DNA of 64,000 bases from Hypanus sabinus. Its lineage: Eukaryota. The notes under the pieces are model-generated. The model did not search any database. It was not told the DNA's origin and was given only the letters and a program-made list of their open reading frames with translations. Every line of letters starts with the position of its first letter. The stretch's first letter is position 1. Location: positions 20,150,001 to 20,214,000 of the forward strand of contig NC_082736.1 of NCBI RefSeq assembly GCF_030144855.1. Reading direction: 5' to 3'. The position numbers and the translations under genes are program-made. This document shows positions 39,351-54,249 of the stretch, in pieces.

Positions 39351-41950
39351 AGTTTGCTTCAGTCTGTGTATTGATTAAAATGATCAAACTGGTATAGTGG
39401 AAGAGAAATTTGTGGAATGGTCAGAGACAGTTTCTTATAGCAAGATCTTACCCAGGAACAGGACATTTCAGATGTAATCTGTGTAAAGAGGTGGGAATAG
39501 AGATCTTGTGGTGAAGGATCTGTGAAGAAGTGATCACAATGTGGGAGAACTCCAGAGCCTGATTGAGGGTAAACACCAGGGTCCAGAACCAATGTCCTCA
39601 ACCTGAATAAAGGCAATTACAGTGATGTGAAAGTGGAGTTGTCTGGGGCAGATAGGGTAAATAGGTGCAGGGACAGGTCAGTGATGAGCAGTGGCGATGT
39701 TTAAGGAGACTGTTCATAACACTCAGCAGACGTTGATACCAATTAGAAAAGAGACAGAAAAGAACCTTCTGTGGTCAATGGAGTTCAAGGGAAAGATTAA
39801 ATGAAAGAGCACATAAAGAGGCAAGGGTTGGCGGTAGAAAAGAGGATCGGGATTTTTCCAGGAACCAGTGATGAGACAAAAGCTAAAACTAATAAGGAAA
39901 AAGCAGATAAGTTAACTCAATAATTTGCATTAGTCTTCACAATGGGGACACAGCAAACATCCCATGGATATCTAACGGTGACATTTCAACATTGTGCAAT
40001 AATGTGTAACAATCACCATCAGGAGGGAGGAACTAATGGGACTAAAAGCAAACATTACCAGGTCCCAACGACCTGCACTGGAGGGTTTCACAGGAAGTCT
40101 GGAGAGAAAGTAGAGACATTGAAGCCTGTCAAAACTCACTGAGTTACGGAAAGGTCGCAATGGAGTTGAAAATCATTGTTGAAGAAGGGTGGAAGAAAGG
40201 TGACTGTAATCCAGTTAACTTCACTTCAGCTATTGGAGTCTATAATCTGTGAAGAACTAACAAGTCATTTAGAAAAGTTTAATGTCATTGAACTAAGCCA
40301 AGAGGGTTTACAGTCAGATACACACAGCACAGAAACGAGTCCACACTGACCAAAGTTCCCATCTGAGCTTGTTGTCAGTAACCCCCTCACCACCACATTA
40401 TGAGCAAGGTTATCCTCCTCCTTATCCCATTTCCCTGCATTTGACCCATATCCTTCAAAACCTTTCTGATTGGACATTTTCTCTCTCCAACAGGATATGG
40501 GAAAGCTGGTGATTAGAATACATGGTAAATGGAGTTTAATGTGTTAAGTGTGATGGCATGCGGTAGGAGGAATCAAAATTCACTACTATTGATGTGGAGA
40601 TAAATTGTAAATGAGAGAAATAGAGTGGGGTTGAGGTGGTACCTGCATAACAAAATAGAGACGGGTGCAGTGAGGGGTTCAGAAGACCACATATGACTAA
40701 GTTTCAGAGGTGAATGGCTCATGGACATTTATTGCTGGGGCATTAGTGCAGAGAAACGGAGAAGTGTTGTTAGTGTCAAACAAACGAACAATGATGGATT
40801 TTGGGAAGTGAAAGTAGGTCAGGACATACCCAGTGAATGGCAGGGCCCTGAGGAGTGTTAATGGAATGATAAACCTGCGGCACAGGTAAATAGTTCCCTG
40901 GAAGTGCCAATACAAGTAGACAAGGTGGTGAAGAAGGTGCACAACATGCTTACCTTCAAGGCAAAGGCTTTCAGAGGAGTTGGGACATCACATTACAGTT
41001 GTACAAATCAATAATAAAACCACACCAGGAGTAGCCTGTGCAGTTCTGGTCACCACGAGAGGAAGGATGTGATTAAGGTGCAGAAATGATTCACAGGAAT
41101 GTAACCCGGACTGGGGGCTTCAGTTATATGGAAAGATCAGACTGAATGGGACTGTTTTCCCTGGAGTGAAGGAGGCTGAGGGGAGAAATGACAGAAGTTT
41201 ATAAATCAATGAGAGGTGTAGACAAGGTAGACAGTCAGAATCACCTCCCCAGTGTAGAAGTATCAAATATGAGAAGGCACAACTTTAAAATGCCAGGGTG
41301 AGAATTTAAAGGTGGTTTTCAGGGCAGGTAAGATTTCTATTTCCAAACAAAGAGTGGAGAGGGCCGGGTTTGGGCTGCATGGGGAGTGGTGGAAGCAGAT
41401 ATGATAATGACACTTAACAGGGTTTTAGATAAGGCAATGAATATTCAGAGGATTGAAGCACATGAATTATACGCAGGCTGAAGAGATTTAGTTCCATTTG
41501 GCATCGTGTTCAGCACAGACATCATGGGAAGAAGGGCCTGTTCCTGTGCTATACTGTTCTGTGTTCTCGGTGAGCCTCAGTGATGGGGGAGTCTTTAGCC
41601 GGGGTCACAGACAGGTGTATCTGTGGCAAGGAGAGAGACTGCAAGATGCTGCATTGCCTCCCTGGTACCAGGGCCAAGGATGTAACTGAACAAGTACAGG
41701 CCATTCTGAAAGGGCAGGGTGAGCAGCCAGAGGACGTGTCCATATCGGTTCTAACAAAAGAGACAAAGTCCTGCAAAGAGACTTAGGGAGTTGGGGAAAA
41801 AGTTAAGCAGAGTCTCTTGTGGTGGGTGATGGGGGTAATCCCAGTGTCACCTGCTACCGAGGGAAGAAATAAAAAGGTGGTACAGTTATATGTGTGGCTA
41901 ACAAACTGGTGCAGGATGGAGGGTTTTAGTTAAATGGATCATTGAGTTTA
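39350..41950 (+). mobile_element. Old CR1 LINE fragments including an ORF1 SGNH-esterase piece
   Basis: HCLPGTRAKDVTEQVQAILKGQGEQPE; RT C-terminal remnants. Confidence 0.65.
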
Positions 41951-43429
41951 TTTTCCAGGAGAGGAGATGGGAAGTGTGAAAGTTCAGTAGTGGCGTTGAT
42001 GGATGTGGATTAACACAGAAAGTAAGTACAAATAGACAAATTACAGTGTCTCAGTCGCACTATAAGTGCACAGATAAACAAATATTATAAGGATGAGAAA
42101 GAATAAAAAGTTACCACAAACAGTCTAACATGTGGGGTGTCATCACTTCCCCGGCTATAGGTTGACTCATTACAGAGCCGGGGGTCAGAATAACTTCATA
42201 CAGCGCTCCTTGGAGCAGCGCAGTGGTGTTAGTCTGTTACTGAAGATGCTCCTCTGATCAGCCAAGGAGGCATGCGGAGGGTGAGAAACATTGTCCAGAA
42301 TTGCAAGGATATCCATTGGATCCTTTCTTCTACCACGGTCTCCAGTGTGTCCAGTTTGACTCCAATAACAGAGTCAGCCTTTCTAATCAGATTATTCTCA
42401 GATGACATCACCCGTGTTGATGCCAATGGCGCAGTACACCACTGCATAGTTAATGAGCACAGTGGCATTGAGGGCCTGAAGTGTGCCTGTATCAGTGCCG
42501 GGTGTGGAACAGTTAATGCAGATGTACTTAGAGCCTGGATTAGTACATGGCACAGTGATTCAGCCATTACAGAGAAGGGCAGGACTGGTAGCCAAACATT
42601 CCAGGATTCAGATTCAGACAGTCCACAGGGAGATAAATGAGGTCGGGGAGCTGGACTGCTGATCAGGCAGAATGTCACAAATTCAAGGTCATCCAGTGAG
42701 ACAATGTGGGTGGAACTCAGGAATGAGAAAGGTGCAATCACTGTGATGGGATGAAACTGTAGGGCTCCCAACAGCCAGTAAGAGAGACAGGAATAGAGAT
42801 GTCAGCATGTTATGGACTGATGTAAAAACAACCGAGCATCTGTAGTGAATAATCTCTGGACTGGGTCTCCCTTCCCACCTGAGACTTGGTTGGGGCATTA
42901 TTTGTTAAGTGTTTTCAGCAAGGTTTCCTGAAACAGTATGTGGCAGGAACAACCAGTGTTCAAAGAGGAATTAGTCAGGACCTTCAGGGGAAATAACCTG
43001 CAGCGCTATGGGGACAGAGATGCGAATGGGACTGTGGAAATGTAGAAGGAGCTGGTATAAACTTAATGGGTCAAATAGACTAGAGCATCCCAGAATTATC
43101 CTGTGACCAGAAATAGTCTGAAAAAATTATTCTAGACTCCAGTGAATCTTCTAAGCTCCTGGTTGGACAAGATCAATTGTGTAATAAGGACACACTTCTG
43201 TAAAAACACTGACACCATATTCCAAGCACACTAAGCTGCCAGAGCACAGCACCGGCCAGTGAGGACAGAGACCAGTACAACACCCGGCTCTCTACTACAA
43301 AGTTCAAAGCTGAAAGTAAATGTATTATCAAAAGACATTTCTGTCATCATACGCAACCCTGGGATTTATCTTCCTTTGGGCATACTGCTGGATTGTTAGA
43401 GCTGTTGGGGAGGGGATAAACTAATCTGG

Positions 43430-46040
43430 CAGGGGTGTGAGAACTGGCCTGAAAGGACTTAGGATAGGACAGATGGTAAAGAAAGAAAAGATAGCATGCA
43501 GTCACGCTGTCAGGAAGAGTGAGCAGATGATAGGACATAACTGCAGCCAGCAGAGGGATGTAGAATCAATAAGGGTACAAATCCAATACTTGTAGTGTTA
43601 TACCTCAATACATAGAGTATAAAAAATAAGGTGGATAATCTTATTGCCCTGTTACGGATTGTCATGTATAATGTGATCATCACGGAATCACAGCTGAAAA
43701 ATATTTATAGTTGGGAGCTAAATGCCCAAGTTAGACATATCAGAGGGCCAGGAAGGTAGGCAATGGGGATAGCATGGCTCTGCTGGTAAAGAATGGTGTC
43801 AAATCAGTAGAAAGATGAGCCATAGGATCGGAAGATGCTGAATCATTGTAAGTAGAGTTAAAAAAAACTGCAAGTGTAAAAGGACGTTGATGCAGCTATA
43901 AACAGGCCGTCAACAGTTGTTTGGATGTGAACCACAGATTACAACAGGAAATAGAAAAGGCATGTCAGAAGGGCAATGTTACTGGAGATTTCATGGGAGA
44001 TTTCAACATCCAGGTCAACTGGGAAAATCAGGTTGGAAATAGATCTCAAGAGAGTGAGTTTGTTGAATGCCTAAGAGATGGCTTTTCAGAGCAGTTTGTC
44101 ATTGAGCCGACGAGGGAATCAGCTATTCTGGATTATGTGTTATTTAATGAACAGGTGGCAATTAGGGAACTTAAGGTAAAAAAACCCTTAGGAGGCAGCG
44201 ATCACAGTATCATTGAGTTCAACTTGAAATTGTATAGGGAGAGGGTACAGTCTGACATAGCAGTGTTTCAGTGGAGTAAAGGTAGTATCAGTGGTATGAG
44301 AGAGGAGTTGGCTAAAGTAAATTGGAAGGAGATGCTGGCAGAGATGGCAGCTGAGCAGCAATGGTGAGAGTTTCTGAGAAAAATGAGGGAGGTGCAGGAT
44401 AAATGTATTCCAGAAACAAATAAATACTCAAATGGCAAAATAGTACAACTGTGGCTGACAAGGAAGTCAAAGCTAATGTAAAACCAAATGGGAGGGCATA
44501 AAACAAAGAAAAAAATGAAGTCAGAATACAGAGGATTGGGAAGCTTCTGACAGCTTACAGAGAGCAACCTAAAGAGGATAAAGATTAAATATGCAAGCAA
44601 GCTAGCAAACATGATCAAAGTGGATAGTTTAAGATTTTTCAAGTATGTAAAACATAAAGGTGAGATGAGACTGGATATTAGACTGTAAGAAGATCAAGCC
44701 AGAGAAATAATAATGTGTTGGAAGGTGGTGGGGGGGGGGGGGGAAGGACATGGGAGATGAACTAAATGAGTATTTTCCATCAGTGGAAGTTACTAGCTGT
44801 GTGCCCGATGTTGAAGGGTGTGAGGGGAGAGAAGGGACTGCAGTTATTATTATTGTAAGGGAAAGGTGCTCAAAAAGCTGAAAGCCCTGAGGGTATACAA
44901 GTCACCCGGGCCAGATGAACTGCACCCTAGGGTTCTTGCAGAGTTAACGGTAGAGATTATGGTGCCATTACTAATGATCTGTCAAAACGTATTGGACTCT
45001 GGCATGGTGCTAGGGGACTGGAAATTTGCAAATGTCACTTCACTCTTTAAGAAAGTAGGAAGGCTGCAGAAAGGAAATTATAGACCAGTCAGCCTGATCT
45101 CAGTGGTTGGGAAGATGTTGGAGTTAATTGTTAAGGATGAGGTTATGGAGCATTGGAAACACAGGACAAGAAAGGACAAAGTCAGCATGGTTTCCTTAAG
45201 GGGAAGTCTTGCCTGATGAACCTGTTGGAATTCTTCAAGATTGCATGCAGTATAGATAAAGGGGATGCAGCTTCTGTCATATATTTGGACTTTTAAAAGG
45301 CCTTTAACAAGGTGCCACACATGAGGCTGCTTACAAAGTTAATAGCCCATGGTATGACAGGAAAGTTACTGGCGTGGTTACAGCATTGGCTGATTGGTAG
45401 AAGGCAGCAAGAGGGAATAAAAGGGTCCTCTCTGGTTGTCTGCCAGTGAGTAGTGGTGTTCCGCAGCGGTCGGTGTTGGGACCACTTCTTTTTATGCTGT
45501 ATATCAATGAATTAAATGACAGAATAGATGGCTTTGTTGCAAGTTTGCTGATGACAAGAAGGCAGGTACTGTTCAGGAAACAGGTAGGTTGTAGAAGTAC
45601 TTTGACAGGTTAGGAGAATTGGCAAGACAATGGCAAATGAAATACATTGTTGGAAAATGCATGGTTGTGCACTTTAGTGGTAGAAATAAATGTATAGACT
45701 ATTTTCCAAATAGGGAGAAAATCCAAAAACCTGAGATGCAAAGGGACTTGGGAGTCTTTGAGCAGACCAATCTAAAGATAACTTGCAGGTAAAGTCGGAG
45801 GTGAGGAAGGCAAAGGCAATGTTAGCATTCACATCAAGTAGTTAGAATATAAGAGCAGGGATGTGATGCTGAGACTTTATAAGGCATTAGTGAGGCCTCA
45901 CCTTGAGTATGGTGAAGAGTTTTGGGCTCCTCATCTAAGAAAAGATGTGCTGGCATTGGAAAGGTTCCAGATGAGGTTCACAAGGATGATTCTGGGAAAG
46001 AAACAGTTATCACACGAGGACCATTTGACAGCTCTGGGTG
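43430..46040 (+). mobile_element. Decayed near-full-length CR1 ORF2
   Basis: MGDFN, EPTRESAILD, GGSDHS, KSPGPDELHPRVL, NYRPVSL, LYKALVRPHLEY. Confidence 0.9.
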
Positions 46041-47360
46041 GATGGAGATGGGCTAACCCCTATTGGCATCAATGGATCTGCAGTTGAGAGGGTAAACAGC
46101 TTCAAGTTCCTCGGCAGCAACATACCCGAGGATCTCACGTAGTCTGTCCGTACCTGCTGATTGGTGGAAAAGGCACAACAGCGCCTCTTTCACTTCAGAT
46201 GACTGAGGAAGTTTGCTATGTGCACCCAAATCCTAAGAACTTTCTACAGGGGCACAATTGGGAGCATCCCGACTGGCTGCATCACAGCCTGGTATGGGAA
46301 CTGTACCTTCCTTAATCGCAGGACTCTGCAGAGTGTGGTGCGGACAGCCCAGCACATCTGTAGTTGTGAACTTCCCATGATTCAGGACATTTACAAAGAC
46401 CAGTGTGAAAAAAGGGTCTGAGGGATCATTGTGGACCCGAGTCACTTCATGCACAATCTATTACAGTAGCAACCATCCGGGAAACGGTACTGCTGCATAA
46501 AAGACAGGACCAACAGGCTGCTGGACAGCTCCTTCCACCAGGCTATCAGACTGATTAACTCATGCTGATTTGAGGGAACCTCTATGTACATTGGCTGTTC
46601 TATTTATTATAAATTATTATAAACTACTATGATTGCACATTGCATATTTAGATGGAGACATAACATAGATTTTTCCTCCTCATGTATGTGAAAGATGCAA
46701 GGGATAAAGTCAATTCAAATCAAATATCTCCTCTTCGCTGAGGAACAACTCTGGCCCTGATGCACCTCAAGAATGTGCAGTCAGCCAACTGCTCTACTCC
46801 CCCTATACCCATGACTATGTGACTAAGTATAGCTCAAATGCAATCTATAAATGTGTGTAATACAACCATTGTTGGCAGAATCTCAGATGGAGATGATTGG
46901 ACATACAGGTGTGGGATATACCAGCTAGTTGAGTGGTGTCGCAGCAACAGCCTTGTGCTTAATGTCAGTAAGAGAAAACAGCTGATTGAAGGAAGGGTAA
47001 GACGAGGGAACACGAACCAATCCTCATAGAGGTATCAGAAGAGGACAGTGAACAATTTCAAGTTCCTGGGTGTCAATATCTCTGAGGATCTATCGATGCA
47101 GCTACAGTATAAAGAAGGCAAGTCAGCAGATATATTTCATCAGGAGTTTGAAGATTTTTGGATTGTCACTTTAAAACACCCAAAAGCTGCTGTAGATGTA
47201 TTCTATATATATTATTTATAACATATTATTTCAGCTTTGCTCTATTTTAATCTACTTAATATACATATATATTTCCATATATACACACAAACTGAAATTT
47301 ATTTCTAGATTATCATGTACTGCATTGAACTGCTGCTGCTAAATTAACAAATTCCCAGAT
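46040..47360 (+). mobile_element. Rex1/Babar-type LINE fragments
   Basis: FYRGTIGSIPTGCITAWYGNC; TTIVGRISDGD...LVLNVSK. Confidence 0.75.
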
Positions 47361-49299
47361 AAAGGTGTTTCAGAGGGTTTAAAAATCTGTCATGATCTCT
47401 TATTCCTTGCAGAATGGGGCAGCAGATGAGATGGGCCAAGTGGCCTAATTCGGCTCCTGTGTCTTATGGTCGGATGGTCTAGGACATTTCAAAGGGAAGG
47501 TTGAGCAGCCGGACATCGTGGTGGACGGTGCATGTTGGTAATAGCAACGTAGGGCGGAGGAGGGATCTGGTCCTGTGCAGTGAATTCAGAGAAATAAGAC
47601 AGAAACTAAAAATTAGTAAGCTCTATATTACTCCCAGTGACACTTGTTAGTGCAGGGAGATATAGACAGATACCACTGATGAATGTATGGCTGAGGAGCT
47701 GGTGCAGACGGCAGAGTGCAGGTTTGATGGATCAATGGGTCATCTTCTAGGGATGGGTAGGCAGAAACTATTCAGTCCCCAGGATCTTCTCGGGAAGGAA
47801 CCGTTTTCTCAATCCTGAAACAGAACGGAATAGTTTTGACGTGACAGGGTGGAGGTTGAATGGGTGAGCTGTTGGAGGTGGATAAAATTATGTGAGGCAT
47901 ACAAGGTTTAAAGAGACAGAGACTGTTTCCAGTGGTGTGGCTGCCTAAAGCTAAAGGGAATTGTTGGAAGGTGAGGAGGGGGGGTGGTTTTAAGGTGATC
48001 TGAAGGGTAAATACTTGACACAGAGAATAGCTGGTATCCCAAATGAGCTGCCAGAGGAGGTGGTGGAGATAAAAACACACAAAGTCTCTGTTCATGAACA
48101 CTTCCCTGGAACCTGTCATTACTGTGTTCATCCTGCCCTGGTTTAACTCCCCGATGCTGGGTCCATTGTTGTTTTCCATCTGTATGAACAATCTGGATGA
48201 GAATGTGGTAAACTGGTTCAGCAAGTTTGCAGATGACGCCAAGATCAGCAAAGGTGGCTAGCAAATCTTGATGTGGGATGTGGACCAGCTGGAAAAATGA
48301 AGGAGGTTACAATCTGGAACACACTGCCTGTGGGGGTGGTGCAGGACCATCTGAATGAGCATTTGAATCACCAGTGCACAGTAGGAGATAGACCAAGTGC
48401 TGAGTTAGTGCAGACAGATACTTGATGGTCAGTATAGACATGCAGAAAACACTGACTGTGAAAGCTCAGTGGGAACCTAAAACACAGAACTTCAGGATGG
48501 ACTTACCTAAAACACTCAGAACCCATGTCAATGGTTTTTTAAACAACAACACACACAAAATGCTGGTGCAACACAGCAGGCCAGGCAGCATCTATAGGAA
48601 GAAGTGCTGTTAACGTTTCGGGCTGAGACCCTTCGTCAGGATGAACCGAAAGGAAAGATAGTAAAATACTTGAAAGTAGTGGGGGTAGGGGAAATGCAAA
48701 ATGATAGAAGACCGGGTGTGGGGGGGGGGGGGATGAAGCTAAGAGCTGGAAAGGTGACACGTCCCATTCCCATTCTGATATGTCTATCCATGGTCTCCTC
48801 TATCGTCAAAATGAATTCAAACTCATGTTGGAGGAACAAAACTTTATATACCGGCTGGGTAGCCTCCAACCTGATGACCACATTGACCTGTATGTGGCAT
48901 TACAGGTAGACATGGTTGTGTGTTGCACTTGCCTTGTCAACCAAAGAACTGCCTCTCATTAGAATTAGACAAAACTGATTAAAGACAGATTTAAAGGGGA
49001 TCTGAAGGGTACATATTTCCCACGGAGAATAGCTGCTATCCTAAATCAGCTGCCAGAGGAGGTATGGGGGCAGAAACCCACAAAGTCTCTGTTCATTAAA
49101 ACTTCTCAGGAACCTGTCATTCACTGTGTTCATACTGCCCTGGTTGAACCACCCAGAATAGAGTCAGTGATTTATACAGAACTGATACCGTCCCTTCGGT
49201 AAAACTCATCCACGCCGACCAAGTTGTCGACCTGAACTCGTCCCATCCGCCTGCATTAGGCCCGTGCCCCTCTCAACCTTCCCTATCCATGTATCTGTG

Positions 49300-49720
49300 C
49301 AAATATGGATTAAATATTGTACCTGAGGCAGAGAGCCGGTGCGGTGAGGCGCTGACAGACACTCACTGTTCCGTGGGCAGGAAGAGGAGAGGCCGATTCC
49401 CACAGTGGAGCCGAAACCCAAAGTGCAGACCGAATCCACTTTACCACAACCCAGCGCAAACCATACCGGACCAACCGCCCACCCCGGACAGTTCCCTGGG
49501 GAACGACGTCGGTGACGGTCGGACCGATGTGACGTCAACTCGTCATAAATAGGCAATCCGCATCTCGGTATCACGTGACGTTGAGTCAACAGCCCGGGAG
49601 GCGGGGCAACGAGAACTGTCAATCAGTCGAGACGCTTAGAAATTGAGAGCATTGTGCCTGAGTGGGTACGGGGGGAATTTCCGGGAAAGGTGACCCCCAC
49701 CCCCACCCACGGGAATCGAG
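49300..49720 (-). promoter_or_regulatory. CpG-rich promoter resembling 21100-21230
   Basis: Minus-strand order TGATTGACAG (49625), GC box, E-box (49572), CRE (49530-49537), X-box-like GTTCCCCAGGGAAC (49491-49504). Confidence 0.55.
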
Positions 49721-49919
49721 TATGTTATAGACAGTAATTTTAATTGGACTCTTCGGTCTTATAAATATTTCATATTTGCATTTTCTATATTTTTGTGTAG
49801 ATAATCTTTTATAAATTGGGCTAAAAATACGTTGTAACTAGATTACTGAAACCTTCATGAAAAGAACGTTCCGAAAAAATATTGTTAAGGCCAAAATTTT
49901 AATCCTAACTACCTTAACA

Positions 49920-50935
49920 GAAACATAGAAAACCTACAGCACAATACAGCCCCATCGGCCTTCAAAGTTCTGCCGATCATGTCCCTACCTTAGAAGTTAC
50001 TAGGCTTACCCATAGCCCTCTATTTTTCGAAGCTCCATGTACCTATCGAAAAGTCTCTTAAAAGACTCTAACGTATCCGCCTTCACCACCGCTCCAGCAG
50101 CCCATTCCACGCACTTACCACTCTGAGTAAAAAACTTATCACTGACATCTCCTCTGTACCTACTCCCCAGCATCTGAAACCTGTGTCCTCTTGTGGCAGC
50201 CATTTCAGCCCTGGGAAAAAGCCTCTGACTATCCACACGATCAATGCCTCTCATCTTCTTATACACCACTATCAAGTCATCTCTGATCCTCCGTCGCTCC
50301 AAGGAGAAAAGGTTGAGTTCAATCAACGTATTCTCATAAGGCATGCTCCTCAATCCAGGCAACATCCTTGTAAATCTCATATGCATCTATTCTATAGCGT
50401 GTCCATCCTTCCTGTAGTGAGATGACCAGAACTGAGCACAGTGCTCCAAGTGGGGTCTTTAATCCTGCCCATCAAGGCCTTCTCATGGCCCCTTATGGCT
50501 CTCTTAATTTCCTTCTTAAGCTCCTTCTTGTTAGCCTTATAATCTTCTAGATCTCCAACATTACTTAGCTTTCTAAACCTTTTGTAAGCTTTTCTTTTCT
50601 TCTTGACTAGATATTTTACAGCCTTTGTACACCATGGTTCCTGTACCCTACCATAACTTCCCTGTCTAATTGGAACGTACTTATGAAGAACTCTACACAA
50701 ATATCCCCTGAACATTTGCTACATTTCTTCTGTAGTCTTCCCTGAGAACATCTCTTTCCAGTATAAGCTTCCAATTTCCTGCCTGATAGCCACATATTTC
50801 CCTTACTCCAATTAAACGCTTTTCTAACTTTTCTCTTCCTATCTCTGTCCAACACAATTGTAAAGGAGATAGAATTATGATCACTATCTCCAAAATGCTC
50901 TCCCACTGAGAGATCTGACACCTGACCAGGTTCAT
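49920..50935 (-). mobile_element. Internally deleted CR1 LINE
   Basis: GEHFGDSDHNSISF joined to RFTRMLPGL...LERRRIRDDLI; (atagaaa) tail. Confidence 0.8.
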
Positions 50936-50974
50936 TTCACATTTGTTATCACAGTGCGCATATTTCACCATATA

Positions 50975-53230
50975 GTTCAAAGTTCAAATAAATTTTATTC
51001 TCACAGTGCTACACGTAATCTCATGCAGCCCTGAGATTCATTTTCTGCAAGCCTCCTTTGCAAATCTATAGAACAGTAAATGTGAACTGTAAATATCAGG
51101 AACTATAAACTGTAAACAAATAGTGCAAATGCAGAAAAATAAATAGCAATAAATAATGAGCATGAAATAACAGTATAACAGAGTCCCTAAATGAATCCAG
51201 ACATGCGTGCAGCTATCCCCTTTTCTTCAGGCCCCTGATGTTTGAGGGTTAGTAACTGTTCTTGAACCTGGTGGTGCGAGTCCTGAGGTACCTGTACTTT
51301 CTACATGCTGACAGCAGTGAGAAAAGAGCATTGCCTGGGTGGTAAGGATTTTTGATGATTGACATTGCTTTTTTATAGCTATGTTTCATGTAGATGTGCT
51401 CAGTGGTTCTGAATGTTTTAGCGGTGTTGTACCTAAGCTGAATCCACTAACTTTTGTAGGATTTTCCACTCAAAGGCATTGATGATCCTATACAAGGCAG
51501 TAATGCAACCAGTCAGCACACTTTCCAGCTCAGACTTACAGAGATTTGGCAAAGTTTTCGATGACATGCTGAATCTCTGAGAGCCCTGAGGAAGTAAAGG
51601 TGCAGTTGTTCTTTCTTCACAATAATACTTATATGATGGGTCCAGGACAGATCCTCTGACAGTGACTCACTGGAATTTAAATTTATTGACTCTCTTCACC
51701 ACTGATTGTCCAATGATTACTGGCTCATGGATATTTGGTTTCCCTCTCCAGAAGTCTGCAATCTGTCCTACGGTCTTACTGACACAGAGTGAGAGGTTGT
51801 TGTTGTTATGCCATTCAGACAAGCTTGATCTTTGGAGTCTTGCTCTGTAAGATCTGTCTGTATGCAGGTAGGATGAATAAAGTCAAATTATCTGACTTAA
51901 CAAAATGCGGTCTCGGGAGCAAACAATGGGCATTCCTTATCATAGTGCAGGAGAGGTCGAGTGAGTTGGGACCTTTGGCACAATAGGGTACTACTTTCAG
52001 ATTCTTTATTTTTTTCAGGTATTTACAGGAAACTAAATACAACGGAATTTATGAAAACTATAAACAGCAAAGACTGACAGACAACCAATGTGCAAAAGAC
52101 AGATCATGCAAATTATAAAAAAATAATTTTTACTGTGAAATTCAATTGTAGAATACTTGAAAGTGAGTGCAGATGATGGAATCAGTTCTGTGAAGAAACC
52201 TGTGTCATTTCAAGACCATGACATCTGTAGGGTAATAACTCTTCCTGGTGCTGGTGGAGTGGGACCTAAGGCTCCTGTACAACCTTCCCAGTGGCAAGTC
52301 TGTGAAGAGAGCATGAGGTGGATGAAGGATGTTGTTGATGATGGATGCTGTTTACTTGTAGAAGTGCATCTTGATAGGGAGGGCTTTACCTGTGACGAAC
52401 TGGGATGTTAGAGACATTAAAAAGCTACAGCACAATACAGGCCCCTCAGCCCACGATGCCCTGCCAAACCCGTACATTTTGGAAATTACCTGATGTTACC
52501 CAGAGCCCTATATGTTTCTAAGCCCCGTGTACCAATCCAGGAGTCTCTTAAAAGACTCCATTGTATCCGCCTCCACACCTTGGCCGGCAGCCCATTCCAC
52601 ACACTCACCACGCTCTGTGTAAAAAACTTGCCCCTGACATCTCCACAAAGTTCTTGTAGACCTTTCCTTTCCATTCCTGATCGTTGTGTTTCCATATCAG
52701 GCCATGATGAAACCAATCAGGTTACTCTCCACTGTGCATCTATATATGTCAAAGTTTTAGATGCCATGCCGACTATACGCAGGTAGAGTCGCTGCCTTCT
52801 TTATAACGTCACTTACTGCTAGTCCCAAGACAGACCCTCTGAAATTATAATGCTGAGAAATTTAATGTTACTGACTCTATCCACCTGTAGTCCCTGATGA
52901 TGACGGGCTCATGGATCACCGGTTTCCTCCCCCTGTCGTCAGTGATCAGCTCCTTGGTTTTGCTGATATTAATCGAGAGGTTGTTGTTGTAGCACCATTC
53001 AAACAAATCATTCATCTCCCTCCTGAGGGCCAATGTGTCACCACCTTTGATTCATCCAACAACAGTGGTGTCATCTGCACACTTAAATATGGCATTGGAG
53101 TTGTACTTAGCCACACAATCACAGGTATAAAGTGAGTAGAGTAGTGGACAAAGCTCACAGCCTTGTGGTACACCAGTGCTGATGGTGATTGTGGAGGAGA
53201 TGTTGCAGACTCTGAATGCAACATCTTCAC
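50975..53230 (-). mobile_element. Mixed Rex1-type and CR1 3' fragments
   Basis: WCYNNNLSINISKTKELI; CR1 tail at 52410-52650. Confidence 0.6.
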
Positions 53231-54249
53231 TGTGGAAGGGAAATAGAAATTACATCTGAGAGAGAAGATTACATTAAATTCAGCAAAATATCAGAATGAA
53301 AGTGAGCTACTTTTTCACAGAAAAGTGAAAACAGGGCCAACTTGTCCACGCTGACATTTGTCAGTCCGCAAGGAGTATTATGAGCAATGCTGGGCCATTT
53401 ATCCAAGGAATGATGTGTTTGCATCGGAGAGGGTCCAGAGCAGTTTCACAAGAATGACCCTGGGAATGAAAGGGTTAACATATGAGGAGCTTTTGATGCC
53501 TCTCGGCCTGTACTTGCTGGAGGTTAGAAGAGTGAGGAGAGAGTCACAATATAACCACTTGAGTGAACGTGGAGAGAATGTTTTCTGTAGTGGGTTAGTC
53601 CAGCACCAGATGGCACACATTCAGAATAGAAGGATGTGTCCTCAGAACAGAGATGACAGGACAATTCTTTTCAGCCAGAGGGTCATGAATCAATGGAATC
53701 CATTGTCAAGAGTGGAGGAGGCCACACAGTAAGCACTGGGTACAGTCAATTGACATGTTAATCCACGGCCTCCTCCACTGTTGCGATGAGGACACACTCA
53801 GATTGAAGGAGCAACATGTTATATTCCAACAATCTGATGACATGAACTTCAATTTCTCTAACTTCCGGTGATGTCCCATGACTCCTTCACCATTATTCAT
53901 TCCCTTTTCCATCTCAGATTAGCTTCCTACCTGCCTATCACCTCCCTCTGGTTTTCGTCCCTGTTTTCCTTCTTCCATGGCTTTCTGTCCTCTTCTACTT
54001 GATTCTCCCTCTCTAGCCTGGTATCACATCACCAATCAACCTCCCAGCTCTTTACTTCACCGACCCCCCTCACAGTTTCACCCATCACCTTGTGTTTCTT
54101 CCCCTCTACCCCCACCTTCTAACTCTGATTCTTCATCTTTTTTTCTTCAGTCCTGCTGTAGGGACTCGGCCTGAAACGTCGACTGTACTCTTTTCCACAG
54201 AGTCTGCCGGGCCTGCAGAGTCCCTCCAGCATTTTGTGTGTGTTGTGCA

